This document shows, one piece after another, positions 51,423 through 62,193 of a stretch of 64,000 bases of DNA (positions within the stretch are counted from its first letter, which is position 1; the number at the start of each line of letters is the position of its first letter). A program made the translations under genes and the position numbers. The notes below the pieces were generated by a model, which worked only from the letters and a program-made list of their open reading frames with translations, was not told the DNA's origin and made no database searches. The DNA comes from Methanomassiliicoccaceae archaeon. Lineage in GTDB: Archaea; Thermoplasmatota; Thermoplasmata; Methanomassiliicoccales; Methanomassiliicoccaceae. The stretch is from assembly GCA_963728405.1 (NCBI GenBank), contig CAVSJV010000003.1:160001-224000 (forward strand). The letters are read 5' to 3'.

Positions 51423-52741
51423 ACCGGCCTTGTTCTGTCCTTTTTCGGCAACGCGTCCAGGTCGAATATGCTGGGAGCTAGGGCCTGGCCGTTCAGCACG
51501 TCCCCTATCCTACTGGCCCCCGCCACCGCCGAAAGGAGGCCAACCCCATTGCACCCCAGGTTGTAGTACAGAGGTGAGAGATTTGGGTCCTGCCCAACTG
51601 CCCGAACCCCCGTGCTCGTGTACCCCATCAATCCCTGCCATTGTCGGTCGTGGCCTCCCCAGGGGTCCAGCATGGTCCCCTTCATGAACCCTTCCAGGCG
51701 GTCGAACGCTCCCGAGTTGTAGATCGTGTTAGATTTGTAGTCGCGGCCTACGAGAGGATCTTCCGGACCGCCCACCGCGGTAAGCCAGGCATCCAAATAC
51801 TTCCTTCTGGTCAGGTAAAAGTATGGCTCGTTCCCCTGACCCCCCCGGAAGTACGCCCGGGCCCCCGGGACACCTCGTGGCTGGGTGCCGGAGATCATGT
51901 ACCCCACTACTCCCCGGATCCGCCCGTCGATCGCTGGCATGGAGCAGGCCTCTATTCGGGGAGGCCGATAGCCATTAGTGCACAGGACGACCTGGTCCGC
52001 CACGACGGTCCGTCCGTTGCATCTGAGAACGGCCTCATCGCCCAGCCTGATCAGGTCGACCGGGGAGCGCTCGAACAGCATGAAACGATCGGGATAGGAG
52101 GCCAGCAGATGCTCGGCCATTCGTTCGGTGAACAAGTAGCTGTTCATCAGTCCCACGGGCGTCTCGACCGCCGCCAGGTAGCGGTGGTCCTTTGACCACA
52201 GCAGGTCCTCGATCACATCCCGATAGGTTAGTTCGACATCATCTCCCAGGCGGGGCGATACACGGACATCATCGGCCGCCCTGACAATTCCGGACGGCAG
52301 CCCCAGTTCCCGGCGCTTCCTCATCTCTGCATCCCATGACCGCAGGCCTTCCGTGGCCGATATGCCCAACTGCCCAGACACCACCTGCAACGCACCCTCA
52401 TTTCCGATGGACTGGAGCATTTCGTGGAGAAGGCTCCACGCCGAGTTCAGCTCCTTGTAACCTTGGACCGTTCGTTCCTCCCCCAGTGCCTCGACCATGG
52501 CATCGAACCGTAGCTCGAAGGCCGCGATCACCTGACCGCCGTTATGCCCGGTAGCGCCATGACCGATCAGGTCCTTCTCTAAAAGCATCACCTGCCGATC
52601 ACTTCCCTTCAGCAGGCAATAGGCGGTGGCCAGGCCGGAGATCCCGCCTCCCACTATGGCCACGTCTGCGCCGTCGTCATCTTCCAACATCCTCTCTGGC
52701 CTGATACGGGGGGCCTCGTCCAACCAGGGTGAGCCTTTCAT
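51407..52741 (-). CDS. FAD-dependent oxidoreductase (DadA/PuuB-like)
   Basis: VGGGISG, GATGHNGG, VVLCTNGY, GCNGVG. Confidence 0.88.
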   Translation of the reverse strand: MKGSPWLDEAPRIRPERMLEDDDGADVAIVGGGISGLATAYCLLKGSDRQVMLLEKDLIGHGATGHNGGQVIAAFELRFDAMVEALGEERTVQGYKELNSAWSLLHEMLQSIGNEGALQVVSGQLGISATEGLRSWDAEMRKRRELGLPSGIVRAADDVRVSPRLGDDVELTYRDVIEDLLWSKDHRYLAAVETPVGLMNSYLFTERMAEHLLASYPDRFMLFERSPVDLIRLGDEAVLRCNGRTVVADQVVLCTNGYRPPRIEACSMPAIDGRIRGVVGYMISGTQPRGVPGARAYFRGGQGNEPYFYLTRRKYLDAWLTAVGGPEDPLVGRDYKSNTIYNSGAFDRLEGFMKGTMLDPWGGHDRQWQGLMGYTSTGVRAVGQDPNLSPLYYNLGCNGVGLLSAVAGASRIGDVLNGQALAPSIFDLDALPKKDRTRPVQRTR

Positions 52742-52778
52742 CGTCCCATCTAGATTGTTACCGTTGACCGGTAATTAA

Positions 52779-52901
52779 TGTTGTGCGAGCGGATGGCCTC
52801 TAGAATGAGCTAGGGTGAGAGGGGGAGCATTTTCGAAAATTCCTCGGGAGACGGTGGTGGATGCTGCAGGAAGCTCCGTCCCTGAGATCGGGGCAATTCA
52901 C
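52779..52901 (+). mobile_element. About 120-bp degenerate IS200/IS605 miniature (left end joined to right end)
   Basis: TTAA|TGTTGTGCGAGCGG..TGAGAG resembles the left end at 1075-1118; right end GCAG-GAAG-CTCCG/CGGGG-CAAT-TCAC. Confidence 0.6.
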
Positions 52902-52964
52902 GGGTATGGGCGCGATGATACGGATGAGGGCCCTCCGGTTCTGACGAAGCGGCGGTCCCGCCCC

Positions 52965-54007
52965 TCACTGGCCTAACGACCCGATGGCGCCCCCAGCGAT
53001 GACGGGATTGATCTCATAGCCGATGCCGTGGCGTCCGGTCTGGGCGGCCGCTCTTAATGTGGTCCCCGAACCCAGGAAGGGGTCCAGGACCAGCTCGCCC
53101 TTGTAACTATACGCCCGGATAAGCCGGGTGGGGAGTTCCAGAGGGAAGGGAGCGACATGACCCCGTCGGTCCCCGCTGCCCTGGGGAGCCATGGACCATC
53201 ACGTCACTGTTCTTGATGGAAAGCCAGAACTCTTTATCCAGGATGGAGGCCTCCTTGACCTCGCGCGCCACATGGGCATATTTCCGCCCTCTCTGCACGC
53301 GCGTGCATGGTTTATCCAGTTCGATGATGAACTCATGCATGTTGTTGAGCAATATTCCTCCGGGGTACGGGTAGGTCCCAAAGGGGGCGCGGACACCGTT
53401 GGTCTTATGCCAGACAATGTCACGCTTGAAGATGAAGCCCAGGTCCTCGCACAGTTGCACCGTTCTACCCATCAGGTTCAAGGTGCGGTAGCTCCCGTCC
53501 TCCAGCCTCACCGGGAGATTCATGATGTTGATGAAGAACTTGCGGCCAGGCTGCAGGACCCTGAACACCTCCTTCCAGACATCCCCGATCCGGTCGAACC
53601 ACTCGTCCACCGAATGCATGTCGCCCAGGTCCCCGGGGATGGGCTGGGAGGAGTACATCTTAGTGTTGAAATAGGGAGGCGAAGTGAGCGCCAGGTTGAT
53701 CGCTCCATCCTCCAGCTCTCCCATCGAGACGGCGCTCCGACAGATCACTTCCTGCCGAGTGCCCAGCAGCTTCGACGGCCGCTCTTTCGGGAGGTCGAGG
53801 GGGCGGCTCCTCCGCATTGGCCAGGCCGCTCAAGGAGGCTAGGTCGAAGCGTTGCTGGCCGCTCCCTGATAGGGTCATGGGCACCTTCTCCTCCCGAACC
53901 AGTCGGTGGAGCTGCCGGACCGTAGTGCCAAGATATCTAGCGGCCTCCCCGGCCGAGAGATATCTTCTATCGCTGTAATCTGGATTGACCTTAGCTTCCT
54001 CCACCAA
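52965..54007 (-). CDS. Orphan beta-class N4-C/N6-A DNA methyltransferase with an N-terminal excisionase/MerR-like HTH (two frameshifts)
   Basis: [15 protein letters not shown]; [25 protein letters not shown]. Confidence 0.85.
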
Positions 54008-54058
54008 GGACCACTGGTCTAAGTGATTGGAGGATAGGCCAGTTAAGTCTTTTGGAGA

Positions 54059-54466
54059 CTAGGCCTTCCTGTTGACCAGGTACGCGGACTCGATCGCCAT
54101 GTAGGCCAACGTCCACATGGCCAGGTTAATGCTGACTGTGGTGCTTCCGCCCCTCAGCAGGCCGGCCTCCAACTCCACCATGACCTCGGTCTTCCCATCG
54201 GCCCGGGGGTTGAAGTTGTGAGTGGTCTTTATCCCTTCCTTGGTGCCCAGGGTCACCAGCCCGAACGTCCTCGACGTCCTCGACGACCTCATCGGGGGAG
54301 TAGTTCACCAGCTCCAACGATCGGTCCTGCAGAAATGGCTTGGCCTTATCGTCCAGGTTCCTTACGATCCTGTACAGATCTGCATTGGGGACCTCCAGAA
54401 GGAAGTTCCTCACGCCTTTGGCCAAATCTGGGACCTCCGCTGGGGCGGCAAAAGATGTGTGTCCAT
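54059..54466 (-). CDS. Hypothetical protein (frameshifted)
   Basis: Overlapping minus-strand ORFs with host-like codons. Confidence 0.45.
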
Positions 54467-54539
54467 TAATATATTTGGGCCCGAGTTCGGAGGACTTGCC
54501 AAGACAAAGATGATGAACGTTCCGCTCCAAGCTATTACT

Positions 54540-54812
54540 ATGAAGCTGAGCGAGGAGTTGGCAGAGAAGGTGCTCGATGGGATGGAGGGAGAGGAGAAGA
54601 AGGACCTCATCATGAAGCTGGGCGATCATCTCATATCCTCCCTGAGCCCGGAGGACCGCAAGGACCTGATGATCCGGATGTTCCCTTCAATGCTGGAGAA
54701 GGTGCTCGATGGCCTGGACCCTCAGGAGAAGGCGGCCCTGGTCCGTCAGCTCATGCCCAGCGTGGTGGATCTGCTCATGGGCCCCCCGAACGCTAAGCGA
54801 GCTCAACCGTAG
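54540..54812 (+). CDS. Small helical-repeat hypothetical protein
   Basis: Repeated EKVLDG..E(E/D)(K/R)KDL units. Confidence 0.65.
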   Translation: MKLSEELAEKVLDGMEGEEKKDLIMKLGDHLISSLSPEDRKDLMIRMFPSMLEKVLDGLDPQEKAALVRQLMPSVVDLLMGPPNAKRAQP

Positions 54813-55213
54813 CCGTCCTGTTCGTAGGTGACTCTCTTGGACCGTAAGGCGCAGGCGGCCTGGTGGCGGATCATGTCCTTGATGGTGTTCCTGAGCACGG
54901 TGGCGTTCGTCTCTCCGATGACCTCTCCCAGGAACCTGTCACGACAGAACAGTTTGAAGGTCGGTGTGCCCACTACGCCGTACTGGAGGGCCATGTCCAG
55001 ATTGGCCTGCGCGTCCACCTTGACGAAAACCGCCTCTTCGGCAAGTTCCTGGGCAAGCTGCTCGTAGACCGGCTCCATGGCCTGGCATACCTCACAGTTA
55101 TCCAGGTAGAACTCCACGATCACCAGCTTATCGGTGTTGCTGACCAGTTGCTGGAACGACAGGTGGTCCAGTTCCAGGATTTCTTTGCTAAGTATGAGCG
55201 GGCCGATGTCCAT
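54803..55213 (-). CDS. Thioredoxin-family protein
   Basis: VEFYLDNCEVC, YGVVGTPTF. Confidence 0.85.
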   Translation of the reverse strand: MDIGPLILSKEILELDHLSFQQLVSNTDKLVIVEFYLDNCEVCQAMEPVYEQLAQELAEEAVFVKVDAQANLDMALQYGVVGTPTFKLFCRDRFLGEVIGETNATVLRNTIKDMIRHQAACALRSKRVTYEQDGYG

Positions 55214-55286
55214 AATCGCTCCACCTCTTTACAAGATGATAGAAAGCATTGTCAGATGTCCATGATAATTTTTTCGAAGCGCTGCC

Positions 55287-55682
55287 TCAACCTGGCGGCT
55301 CCTTTCTGCCGCCATAGCGGGGAAGATGCTCCACCCGATACTCGTGCCTAGGCAGATCGACCGAAAAGATGTGGACCACCGGCGCGGTGTCCGGCATGGA
55401 GTACTCCTCGACCATAGATATTGTCTGGGTAGGGCACACCTCCACGCAGGTGTCGCAGGCGATGCACCGGTTCCTCACCACCGTCTGGGTCTTCGCGTCC
55501 TTGTTCGTGGTTATGGCATTGGTAGGGCAGTTCCGCTCGCATTTCCGGCAGAAGATGCACTTGGACATGTCGTACAGGATCCTGCCACGGTTCCCAGGAG
55601 GCAGTTGGGCCGGCTCCTTGGGATACCTGGTGGTGAACGGCCGCCGGAAGAGGTTCTTCAACGAGGAGGAGAGCATGGACAT
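55287..55682 (-). CDS. echF: Ech hydrogenase subunit F (2x[4Fe-4S])
   Basis: PFTTRYP, CIFCRKCERNCP, CIACDTCVEVCP. Confidence 0.88.
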   Translation of the reverse strand: MSMLSSSLKNLFRRPFTTRYPKEPAQLPPGNRGRILYDMSKCIFCRKCERNCPTNAITTNKDAKTQTVVRNRCIACDTCVEVCPTQTISMVEEYSMPDTAPVVHIFSVDLPRHEYRVEHLPRYGGRKEPPG

Positions 55683-55686
55683 GACA

Positions 55687-56763
55687 TCACCGGTCCGTGC
55701 AACAGATACAGGGATCGACGGACACCGTGATGGTGGGGACATCCGCAAGCTGGCATCCTGGCAGCATGGCCAGCAAAGCCTGGACGTTCATGAACGCGGG
55801 CGTCCTCAGCTTGATCCGGTCCAGGGCCAAGGAGCCCTTGGCCTTGATGTAATACACCAGCTCTCCCCGGGGCGCCTCCACCCTGGAGAACGATTCTCCG
55901 GTGGGGTGTCCTTTCAGTTGCACCGCCACCGGCCCATCTTGGAGAAGCGGCAGACACTCCTCGATAATATCCACGGCCTGTACGCACTCGTCGATCCGGA
56001 CCACCATGCGGGCATAGCAGTCCCCTTCCTCGCGCACGACCGGAGCGAACTTGACCATAGAGTAGGCGGCGAAACCATCCTGACGGATGTCCTGGGCGAT
56101 GCCCGAAGCCCTCGACACCGGCCCGACCACACCCCATTCCGCTGCGACGGGACGGGGGAGCCTGCCCACCCCCTTTGTCCGCTTGCTCAGGGTGCTGTCC
56201 TTCTTGAAGATGCGCTGCAGCTCCTCGAGCCGTGGCCTCAGCATGCCTACGGTGCTCTCGATGTCCTTGACCAGCTCGGGGGTCAGGTCCCTCTTGACCC
56301 CACCCACCACATTGACGCTGTAATGCACCCGGTTACCGGATATGCGGTTCACCAGCGTCATCACGTACTCGCGCTCCCGGAAGCACTGCATGAACAGATT
56401 CTCATAGCCGACCGCCTCGGCAATGTGGCCGAGGGCGAGAAGATGAGAGGTCAATCTCTGGCATTCCATCAGGATGGTGCGGATGATCTTGGCCCGCTCT
56501 GGCACATCCGCATTGTAGATCATCTCCACTCCCTGGCAGTAGGCCGAGGAGTGGTGATAGGAACAGATGCCACATACCCGCTCCGCCAGATACTGCGATT
56601 TCCTATAGTCCAGGGACAGGGCGTACTCCATGCCCCGGTGATTGTACCCTTGGTTCAGCTCCGCACCGACGACCTTCTCTTCCTCCAGGGTAAGCTTGAC
56701 GTTCAACGGCTCCAGGAACGCGGCGTGTTGCGGACCGAACGGTATTATCGTGGCCTTAGCCAT
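55687..56763 (-). CDS. echE: Ech [NiFe]-hydrogenase large subunit E (group 4)
   Basis: PFGPQH, ERVCGICSYHH (L1), EAPRGE, DPCICCTDR (L2). Confidence 0.92.
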   Translation of the reverse strand: MAKATIIPFGPQHAAFLEPLNVKLTLEEEKVVGAELNQGYNHRGMEYALSLDYRKSQYLAERVCGICSYHHSSAYCQGVEMIYNADVPERAKIIRTILMECQRLTSHLLALGHIAEAVGYENLFMQCFREREYVMTLVNRISGNRVHYSVNVVGGVKRDLTPELVKDIESTVGMLRPRLEELQRIFKKDSTLSKRTKGVGRLPRPVAAEWGVVGPVSRASGIAQDIRQDGFAAYSMVKFAPVVREEGDCYARMVVRIDECVQAVDIIEECLPLLQDGPVAVQLKGHPTGESFSRVEAPRGELVYYIKAKGSLALDRIKLRTPAFMNVQALLAMLPGCQLADVPTITVSVDPCICCTDR

Positions 56764-57148
56764 CGGCGTCACCCCCCTTGACCTCGGCGGCGCGTTGCTT
56801 CCGGAGCGGGGCGACATTGCTCATGCCCAGGACTAGGAGCAACCCGGGCTGCACTCCCTTGAAATGCAGACCGAACAGGTCCACCACCTCACGCTCCAGG
56901 TTCAACGCTCCTTTGAAGATGTCCACCACGGAGTCGACTTCCCACTCTGGCAGGATGACGAAACGGAAGTTCACCATTTGACCGGCCCGATCGAACAAGT
57001 AGATCAGCTCGATCGTGCCATCGTCGTTCTCACGGGCAATGATGCCGCCCATACGGGCGCCGCTCGCGATCATTTCATGCACCTTCACCCGGACCGAGCG
57101 GAAGGCTTCCCGATCGAATTCATGGATCGGCACGGTGTCTGCGGTCAT
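56756..57148 (-). CDS. echD: Ech subunit D (NuoC-like)
   Basis: IELIYLF, EREVVDLFG; operon position. Confidence 0.82.
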   Translation of the reverse strand: MTADTVPIHEFDREAFRSVRVKVHEMIASGARMGGIIARENDDGTIELIYLFDRAGQMVNFRFVILPEWEVDSVVDIFKGALNLEREVVDLFGLHFKGVQPGLLLVLGMSNVAPLRKQRAAEVKGGDADG

Positions 57149-57603
57149 TTTTCTTCCTCCTTTGACCTCTCGGTGCCCTCCACCTTCTTGTCCCACAGGG
57201 AAAGGGCGAGCACGAAGCCGTCGATCAGCGCTTCCGGCCGCGCGGCGCAGCCAGGGATGTACACATCCACCGGAATGACCTTGTCCACTCCGGCGTTGAC
57301 GTTATAACAGTTATGGAACGGTGCTCCCGTGGATGCACAGTCGCCACAGGCCACCACCAGCTTCGGTTCCGGCGTCTGATCGTACAGATTTCGAAGCCGG
57401 TCCTCGCACTTTTTGGTCACCGGGCCGGTGATAAGGAGAATGTCAGCATGTTTGGGGTTCGCCCGGTTCAGGCCTCCGAACCGCTCCACGTCATAGCGCG
57501 GAGATAGCAGGGCCCAGACCTCTAGGTCGCACCCGTTGCAGGAACCCGTGTCGAAGTGCAGTATCCAGGGCGATCTCTTCCTCATCGTCTCGATTATCCC
57601 CAT
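57145..57603 (-). CDS. echC: Ech small subunit C
   Basis: SPW, GSCNGCD, GDCA, IPGC. Confidence 0.9.
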   Translation of the reverse strand: MGIIETMRKRSPWILHFDTGSCNGCDLEVWALLSPRYDVERFGGLNRANPKHADILLITGPVTKKCEDRLRNLYDQTPEPKLVVACGDCASTGAPFHNCYNVNAGVDKVIPVDVYIPGCAARPEALIDGFVLALSLWDKKVEGTERSKEEEK

Positions 57604-58466
57604 CGCATTACCCCCCGGAATATGAACAGCACCAATAGATTGATCGCCACCAGCCCGATGCCAGCGGTAAGCATGAAGATGACCATTCTCGCCCTGGTCA
57701 GCCGGGCGGTGATGTTGTCAATGATGATGGCAACGAACAGCGCCAGGAAGGCGATGGACACCTTGCCGATGACGGAGACCAGGCCATCGTCGCTCCAGAT
57801 GAACAGGGTGAAGATGCCATAGACGAACGCCAGATGGAACCAGCGGGCGACCTCCAGGATCACCAGGTAGGGGCCGGAGTACTCGATGTACGGGCCGGTG
57901 ATGATCTCCTGATGAGCGGTCGGGATGTCGTAGGGGGACTTCTCGAGCAGGATGACCAGCACCGGTACCAGGGCCAGCAGGGCCAATGGCAGCTGGAGCA
58001 GCAGACCGCCCCCGATAGCGCCGACCAGGAACGACGACTCCAGGCCGATCGAGAGGATGACCAGGAACAGGACCGGCTCGTAGGCGAAGATGGCCAATAG
58101 CTCCCTCTGCCCACCGATGTAAGAGTATGGGGACCGGGCAGAGAACGCCCCCATCACCAGACAGGCCGACCCGGCCCCGGAGACAAAGAAGGCGACCAAA
58201 AGGTCCCCACCAGCCACGAACAGGGCGAAGGCCGCGGCCTGGAACAGCAAGGCCGCTCCAGCGAACACCACCTGGAGATTGTTGATGAGCATCGGCTTCT
58301 TTAGCAGCAGCTTGCCCATGTCATAGAACGGCTGGATGATGGGGGGTCCCCGGCGGTTCTGAAGCCGAGCCGTTAGCTTGCGGTCAATACCGGTGCTCAG
58401 CCCCACCACCAGCGGGACGGCGACGATGATAAGAACCTGGAACAGTAGCATCGCCAGGTCCATCAC
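57594..58466 (-). CDS. echB: Ech membrane subunit B (NuoH-like)
   Basis: GIDRKLTARLQNRRGPPIIQPFYD, KSPYD, EYSG. Confidence 0.9.
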   Translation of the reverse strand: MMDLAMLLFQVLIIVAVPLVVGLSTGIDRKLTARLQNRRGPPIIQPFYDMGKLLLKKPMLINNLQVVFAGAALLFQAAAFALFVAGGDLLVAFFVSGAGSACLVMGAFSARSPYSYIGGQRELLAIFAYEPVLFLVILSIGLESSFLVGAIGGGLLLQLPLALLALVPVLVILLEKSPYDIPTAHQEIITGPYIEYSGPYLVILEVARWFHLAFVYGIFTLFIWSDDGLVSVIGKVSIAFLALFVAIIIDNITARLTRARMVIFMLTAGIGLVAINLLVLFIFRGVMRWG

Positions 58467-60344
58467 AGCACCTCCAGGAGGAAAGGAGTGAGCAGCAGGA
58501 CGATGACCAGGAACACCCCGGCCCCCTCCGCCACATTGACGACTTGTACGACAGTACGCTCGCCCAGATAGTAGTTGCTACGCGATTCGAAGTGGAAGTC
58601 CTCGCCGCAGGCGTACGGGGTCGACATCTCCTCCTTGGACGGGCGTACGAGGAAGCCCAGCCCGATGAAGATCAGAGCCACGAAGAGCAGGAACAGGAAC
58701 ACCGGGAACTCCCCGGCCGCAGTGAACAAGGTCAGATCATCCGTTCCGATGGGCAAGGTGAAATAACGGTTGATGAACGGGGCGATAAGATAGCGCAGCA
58801 CTGGGCCGATCAGGGCGGACAGTACCACCGCCCCCGTCATGAGGGCCCCTAGGGTCCACTTATAACTTCGGGGCAATGGATCGTCCCGCCATTTGACCGT
58901 CCTCGCTCCCGGCTCCGTCGAGAGAATGGTCCCCAGCCACTTGAAATAGAAGACGAAGGTACCGGCAAAACCGGCAGCCAGGAGGAAGATGAGGAAGGGG
59001 AAGGAGACCACCGCCTCGCTGATGAGCCACTTGGAGGCGAACATTCCGAAGGGGGGGAGCACAATGGTGATTATGCCGATAAAGATGGCCAGCGATGCGA
59101 ACGGCATGGCCGTTCGGATACCTTGCATCGATTCGATGTCCTCGCTACCAGTGCGTTCCTTCACCGCGCCCACCGACAGGAACATCAGGGCCTTGGAGAT
59201 AGCATGGTAGAGCAGCAGGATCACCGCCGCGGTGATGGCCAGGGGGGTCGATATCCCTACGCACATGATCATGAGGCCGAGGTTTCCCACGGTAGACCAG
59301 GCCAGCACCCGCTTGGCATTGCTCTGGGTTATCGCCAGCAAGGACGCCATCAGGAAGGACAGTTCCTCCCACCAGGGCGATGGCCCAGTTCAGAGAGTTG
59401 GCGGCCACGATGCTCGGCGACATCCGGATGAGGAGATAGACGCCCAGGTTGACCATGGTAGCGCTATGCAGTAGCGCCGATACGGGAGTAGGAGCGACCA
59501 TCGCTCCCAGCAACCAGGACTGGAAGGGCAGCTGGGCCGACTTGGTGAACGCGGCGACCGCGAATAAGGAAAGAGGCAGGAGGGATAATCCGGCCAGGCC
59601 CACCACGGGCAGGTCCGCGAGCGACGTCGAACCGTAATAATGGAAGGAAAGGACCGCCCCGGCGATGAACGTCAGACCTCCGGCAAGGGTGATGATGAGC
59701 GCCCACCTCGCCGCTTTCTTCGCTTCCTCCGTTCCGGTGTGGCCGATGAGCAGGAACGAGCATAGCGTGGTCACGTCCCAGAACAGGAACAACCATAGCA
59801 TATCGTTCGAGAACACCGCTCCGTTCATGGCCCCGAGGAACAGCAACACAGCGGCGAAGAACCGAGGCTGGCGGGGATCATGCTCCATGTACCGGAGACT
59901 GTAAATGGCGATTATCGAGCCGATGATGGAGGTTATCAGCGCCATCAGGACGCTCAGATTGTCGATGAGGATGGCCGGGCTGGCTTCGGTGAAGTCAAGC
60001 CAGCTTTCCAAGGCGAACGCCAATATCAGGTTGGCCAGGGCAAATGCCACCACCAGGTAGCTCCGGATGCGCCAGCCTATGTAAATGAAGAGGAACAGGA
60101 GAAGGAAGTCAAGAACGATGAGCAAAGGACCTAGGGGGTAGAGGTCCTGGGCCTCGATGGTCAGAACGGGGGTCGAGCTTGAGGCCAGGTACAGTAACAG
60201 TCCGACCGAGGACAGGGAGATTATGGCCGATGTGATGGCCACGGTCCAGTACATGACCGGCCGGTTTCTCAGCGCCAGGATCGCCAGCGCTCCCAGGACA
60301 GGGACCGATATCAATACTACCGCCAACAATGCTCCCGCGTTCAT
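58463..60344 (-). CDS. echA: Ech membrane subunit A (NuoL/MrpA-like; frameshift near 59360)
   Basis: KSAQLPFQSWLLGAMVAPTPVSALLHSATMV / KRVLAWST, HAISKALMF. Confidence 0.9.
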
Positions 60345-60477
60345 CCTGACGGGTGTTTAATCGTAGTCTTTGTATTCTTATCTTCGCACCGCTCGAGGAC
60401 GAGGGGCCGAAGAATGTGTTCTCCGAAACGACCGGCCACCGAAAATATATAATTACCCAGTACCTGATGTGACAGGC

Positions 60478-60906
60478 ATGGAGGATAGCTCGATTGCAGA
60501 GCCATTGGTGCAGGGGAAGAACCTGCTCCTGGCCACGGATGGCAAGCCCCATTCTGCTAAGGCCATTAGGTACGCGATAGAGCTGGCCAAGTTGACCTCG
60601 TCAAAGCTTTTCATCATCTACGTGGTCAGCCCCAAGAACGAGGCGGAGAAGAAGGACCTGATCAAGGAGGGTCTCGACCGGCTCCAGGGGCTCAAGGCCT
60701 TGGCGGCCGAGAGCAATGTGGAGGTGACCACCCTATTGGAGGGCGGTTCTCCTTACCAGACGATAATCTCTACCGCCGAGCGCATCAAGGCTGGCGCGAT
60801 CATCGTGGGAACCTCGGGAAAATCAGCACTGGACCGCGTTCTCATCGGCTCGGTCTCGGAGTTCGTGGTGCGAAACTCCGGCTGCTCGGTGATCGTCGTC
60901 AAGTGA
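60478..60906 (+). CDS. Universal stress protein
   Basis: LLATDG, IIVGTSGKS..LIGSVSEFVVRNSGCSVIVVK. Confidence 0.92.
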   Translation: MEDSSIAEPLVQGKNLLLATDGKPHSAKAIRYAIELAKLTSSKLFIIYVVSPKNEAEKKDLIKEGLDRLQGLKALAAESNVEVTTLLEGGSPYQTIISTAERIKAGAIIVGTSGKSALDRVLIGSVSEFVVRNSGCSVIVVK

Positions 60907-60956
60907 TCCATGGTATTCTAACGGGCAAGTTTATTTCCCCTCCCAGACTGGTGCCG

Positions 60957-61395
60957 ATGGCGATGGAACCGAGCGTGTCCGCCTATTATTCGTTGCGGAG
61001 CAAGAATATTCTCCTGGCTACTGATGGAAAGCCTAGCTCTGAGAAGGCCATCTGGATAGCCATCGACCTGGCCAAGGCCCTAGGTTCCAAGTTGTACGTT
61101 TCTCCTAGTCATCAGCCCCTCGGGCTCCGAGCGGGAGCGGAAGGCCCAGATCAAGGAAGGGAAGAAGAAGCTGAACGACATCGTGGGGCTGGCGGCTGAT
61201 CAGGACCTGGAAGTGGCGGCCCTTATGGAGGGCGGCTCTCCCTACGATACAATCGTGACCGCGGCCGAGCGCCTGGATGCCGGTGCGGTGGTGGTTGGCA
61301 CATCGGAGAAGACCGCTCTGAACCGGGTGCTCATCGGCAGCGTGTCGGAGCATGTCGTCCGCAACTGTGGCTGTACGGTCATCGTAGTGAAGTGA
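60957..61395 (+). CDS. Universal stress protein, tandem paralog (frameshift in the T run near 61100)
   Basis: ILLATDG / LIGSVSEHVVRNCGCTVIVVK. Confidence 0.88.
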
Positions 61396-61401
61396 GCGCC
61401 T

Positions 61402-61869
61402 TTACTTCTCCATCTTCGCTTCCATCTTGCCGACGGCCACCATTATTCCCTGGATTATGGCCTGAGGGCGGGGCGGGCAGCCGGGGATGTAGACGTCCAC
61501 CGGGACGATCTGGTCCACGCCGTTCATTACGGCGTAGGAATCACGGAATATGCCGCCGGAGATAGCACAGGAGCCCATGGCGACGACCATCTTCGGCGAT
61601 GGAGTGGCACGATAGGTCTGCTGCAGAGCGTGGACCATATTCCGGGTGACCGGTCCGGTGACCAGTAGCATGTCGGCATGGCGGGGCGAGGCCACGATAT
61701 GCAGCCCGAAGCGTTCGATGTCGTGGATAGCATTGGTGAGGGAGTTCACCTCCACCTCACAGCCGTTGCAGGAGCCGGCATCGACCTCCCGTATGGACAG
61801 GGAGCGGCCGAACACCTTCCTGATCCTTGCCTTCAGCTCCTCGCCCAGCTTCTCGCTCTGCTCATCCAT
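61402..61869 (-). CDS. Ehr/Hyf-type small subunit (NuoB-like)
   Basis: GSCNGCEVE, SPRHAD, GSCA, PGCPPRP. Confidence 0.9.
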   Translation of the reverse strand: MDEQSEKLGEELKARIRKVFGRSLSIREVDAGSCNGCEVEVNSLTNAIHDIERFGLHIVASPRHADMLLVTGPVTRNMVHALQQTYRATPSPKMVVAMGSCAISGGIFRDSYAVMNGVDQIVPVDVYIPGCPPRPQAIIQGIMVAVGKMEAKMEK

Positions 61870-62188
61870 GCCGGTACACCACCTTCAGCTGTTCTCTAGT
61901 TCTCGAGGCGAGCTCGAACTCCTTGCTCATGCTGATCGCGTTCGGGCAGGCGTCGGCGCAGGCGGCGCAGAAGATACATCTTTCTAATGATATCTCAAGC
62001 CCCTCCGGAAGGACGGTTATGGCCTGCACCGGGCATACATCGGCGCACCGGCCGCAGTGGTCGCACTTGCTCATGTCCACCACCGGAAGTCCCATGAAGG
62101 CATCGTAAAGCTCGACCTTCTCCTGGGGATACCGCCTCGTCTGGACCCCTCGCTTGAGCACTCCGAGCTTTAGGAACTTGAACATCAT
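61862..62188 (-). CDS. Ehr/Hyf-type 2x[4Fe-4S] subunit
   Basis: CDHCGRCADVCP, CIFCAACADACP. Confidence 0.88.
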   Translation of the reverse strand: MMFKFLKLGVLKRGVQTRRYPQEKVELYDAFMGLPVVDMSKCDHCGRCADVCPVQAITVLPEGLEISLERCIFCAACADACPNAISMSKEFELASRTREQLKVVYRHG

Positions 62189-62193
62189 CTCAC

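Noticed and set aside
55369-56781. Long plus-strand 470-aa ORF and many similar antisense ORFs
   Set aside because: Shadow frames of well-supported genes in GC-rich DNA, with no motifs
1496-61395. About 20 frameshifted genes read as mass pseudogenisation or programmed frameshifting
   Set aside because: They are single-base shifts with intact motifs on both sides, including echA, and at least some fall in short homopolymers; no shared slippery motif was seen. Long-read indel error is more likely; read polishing would decide.
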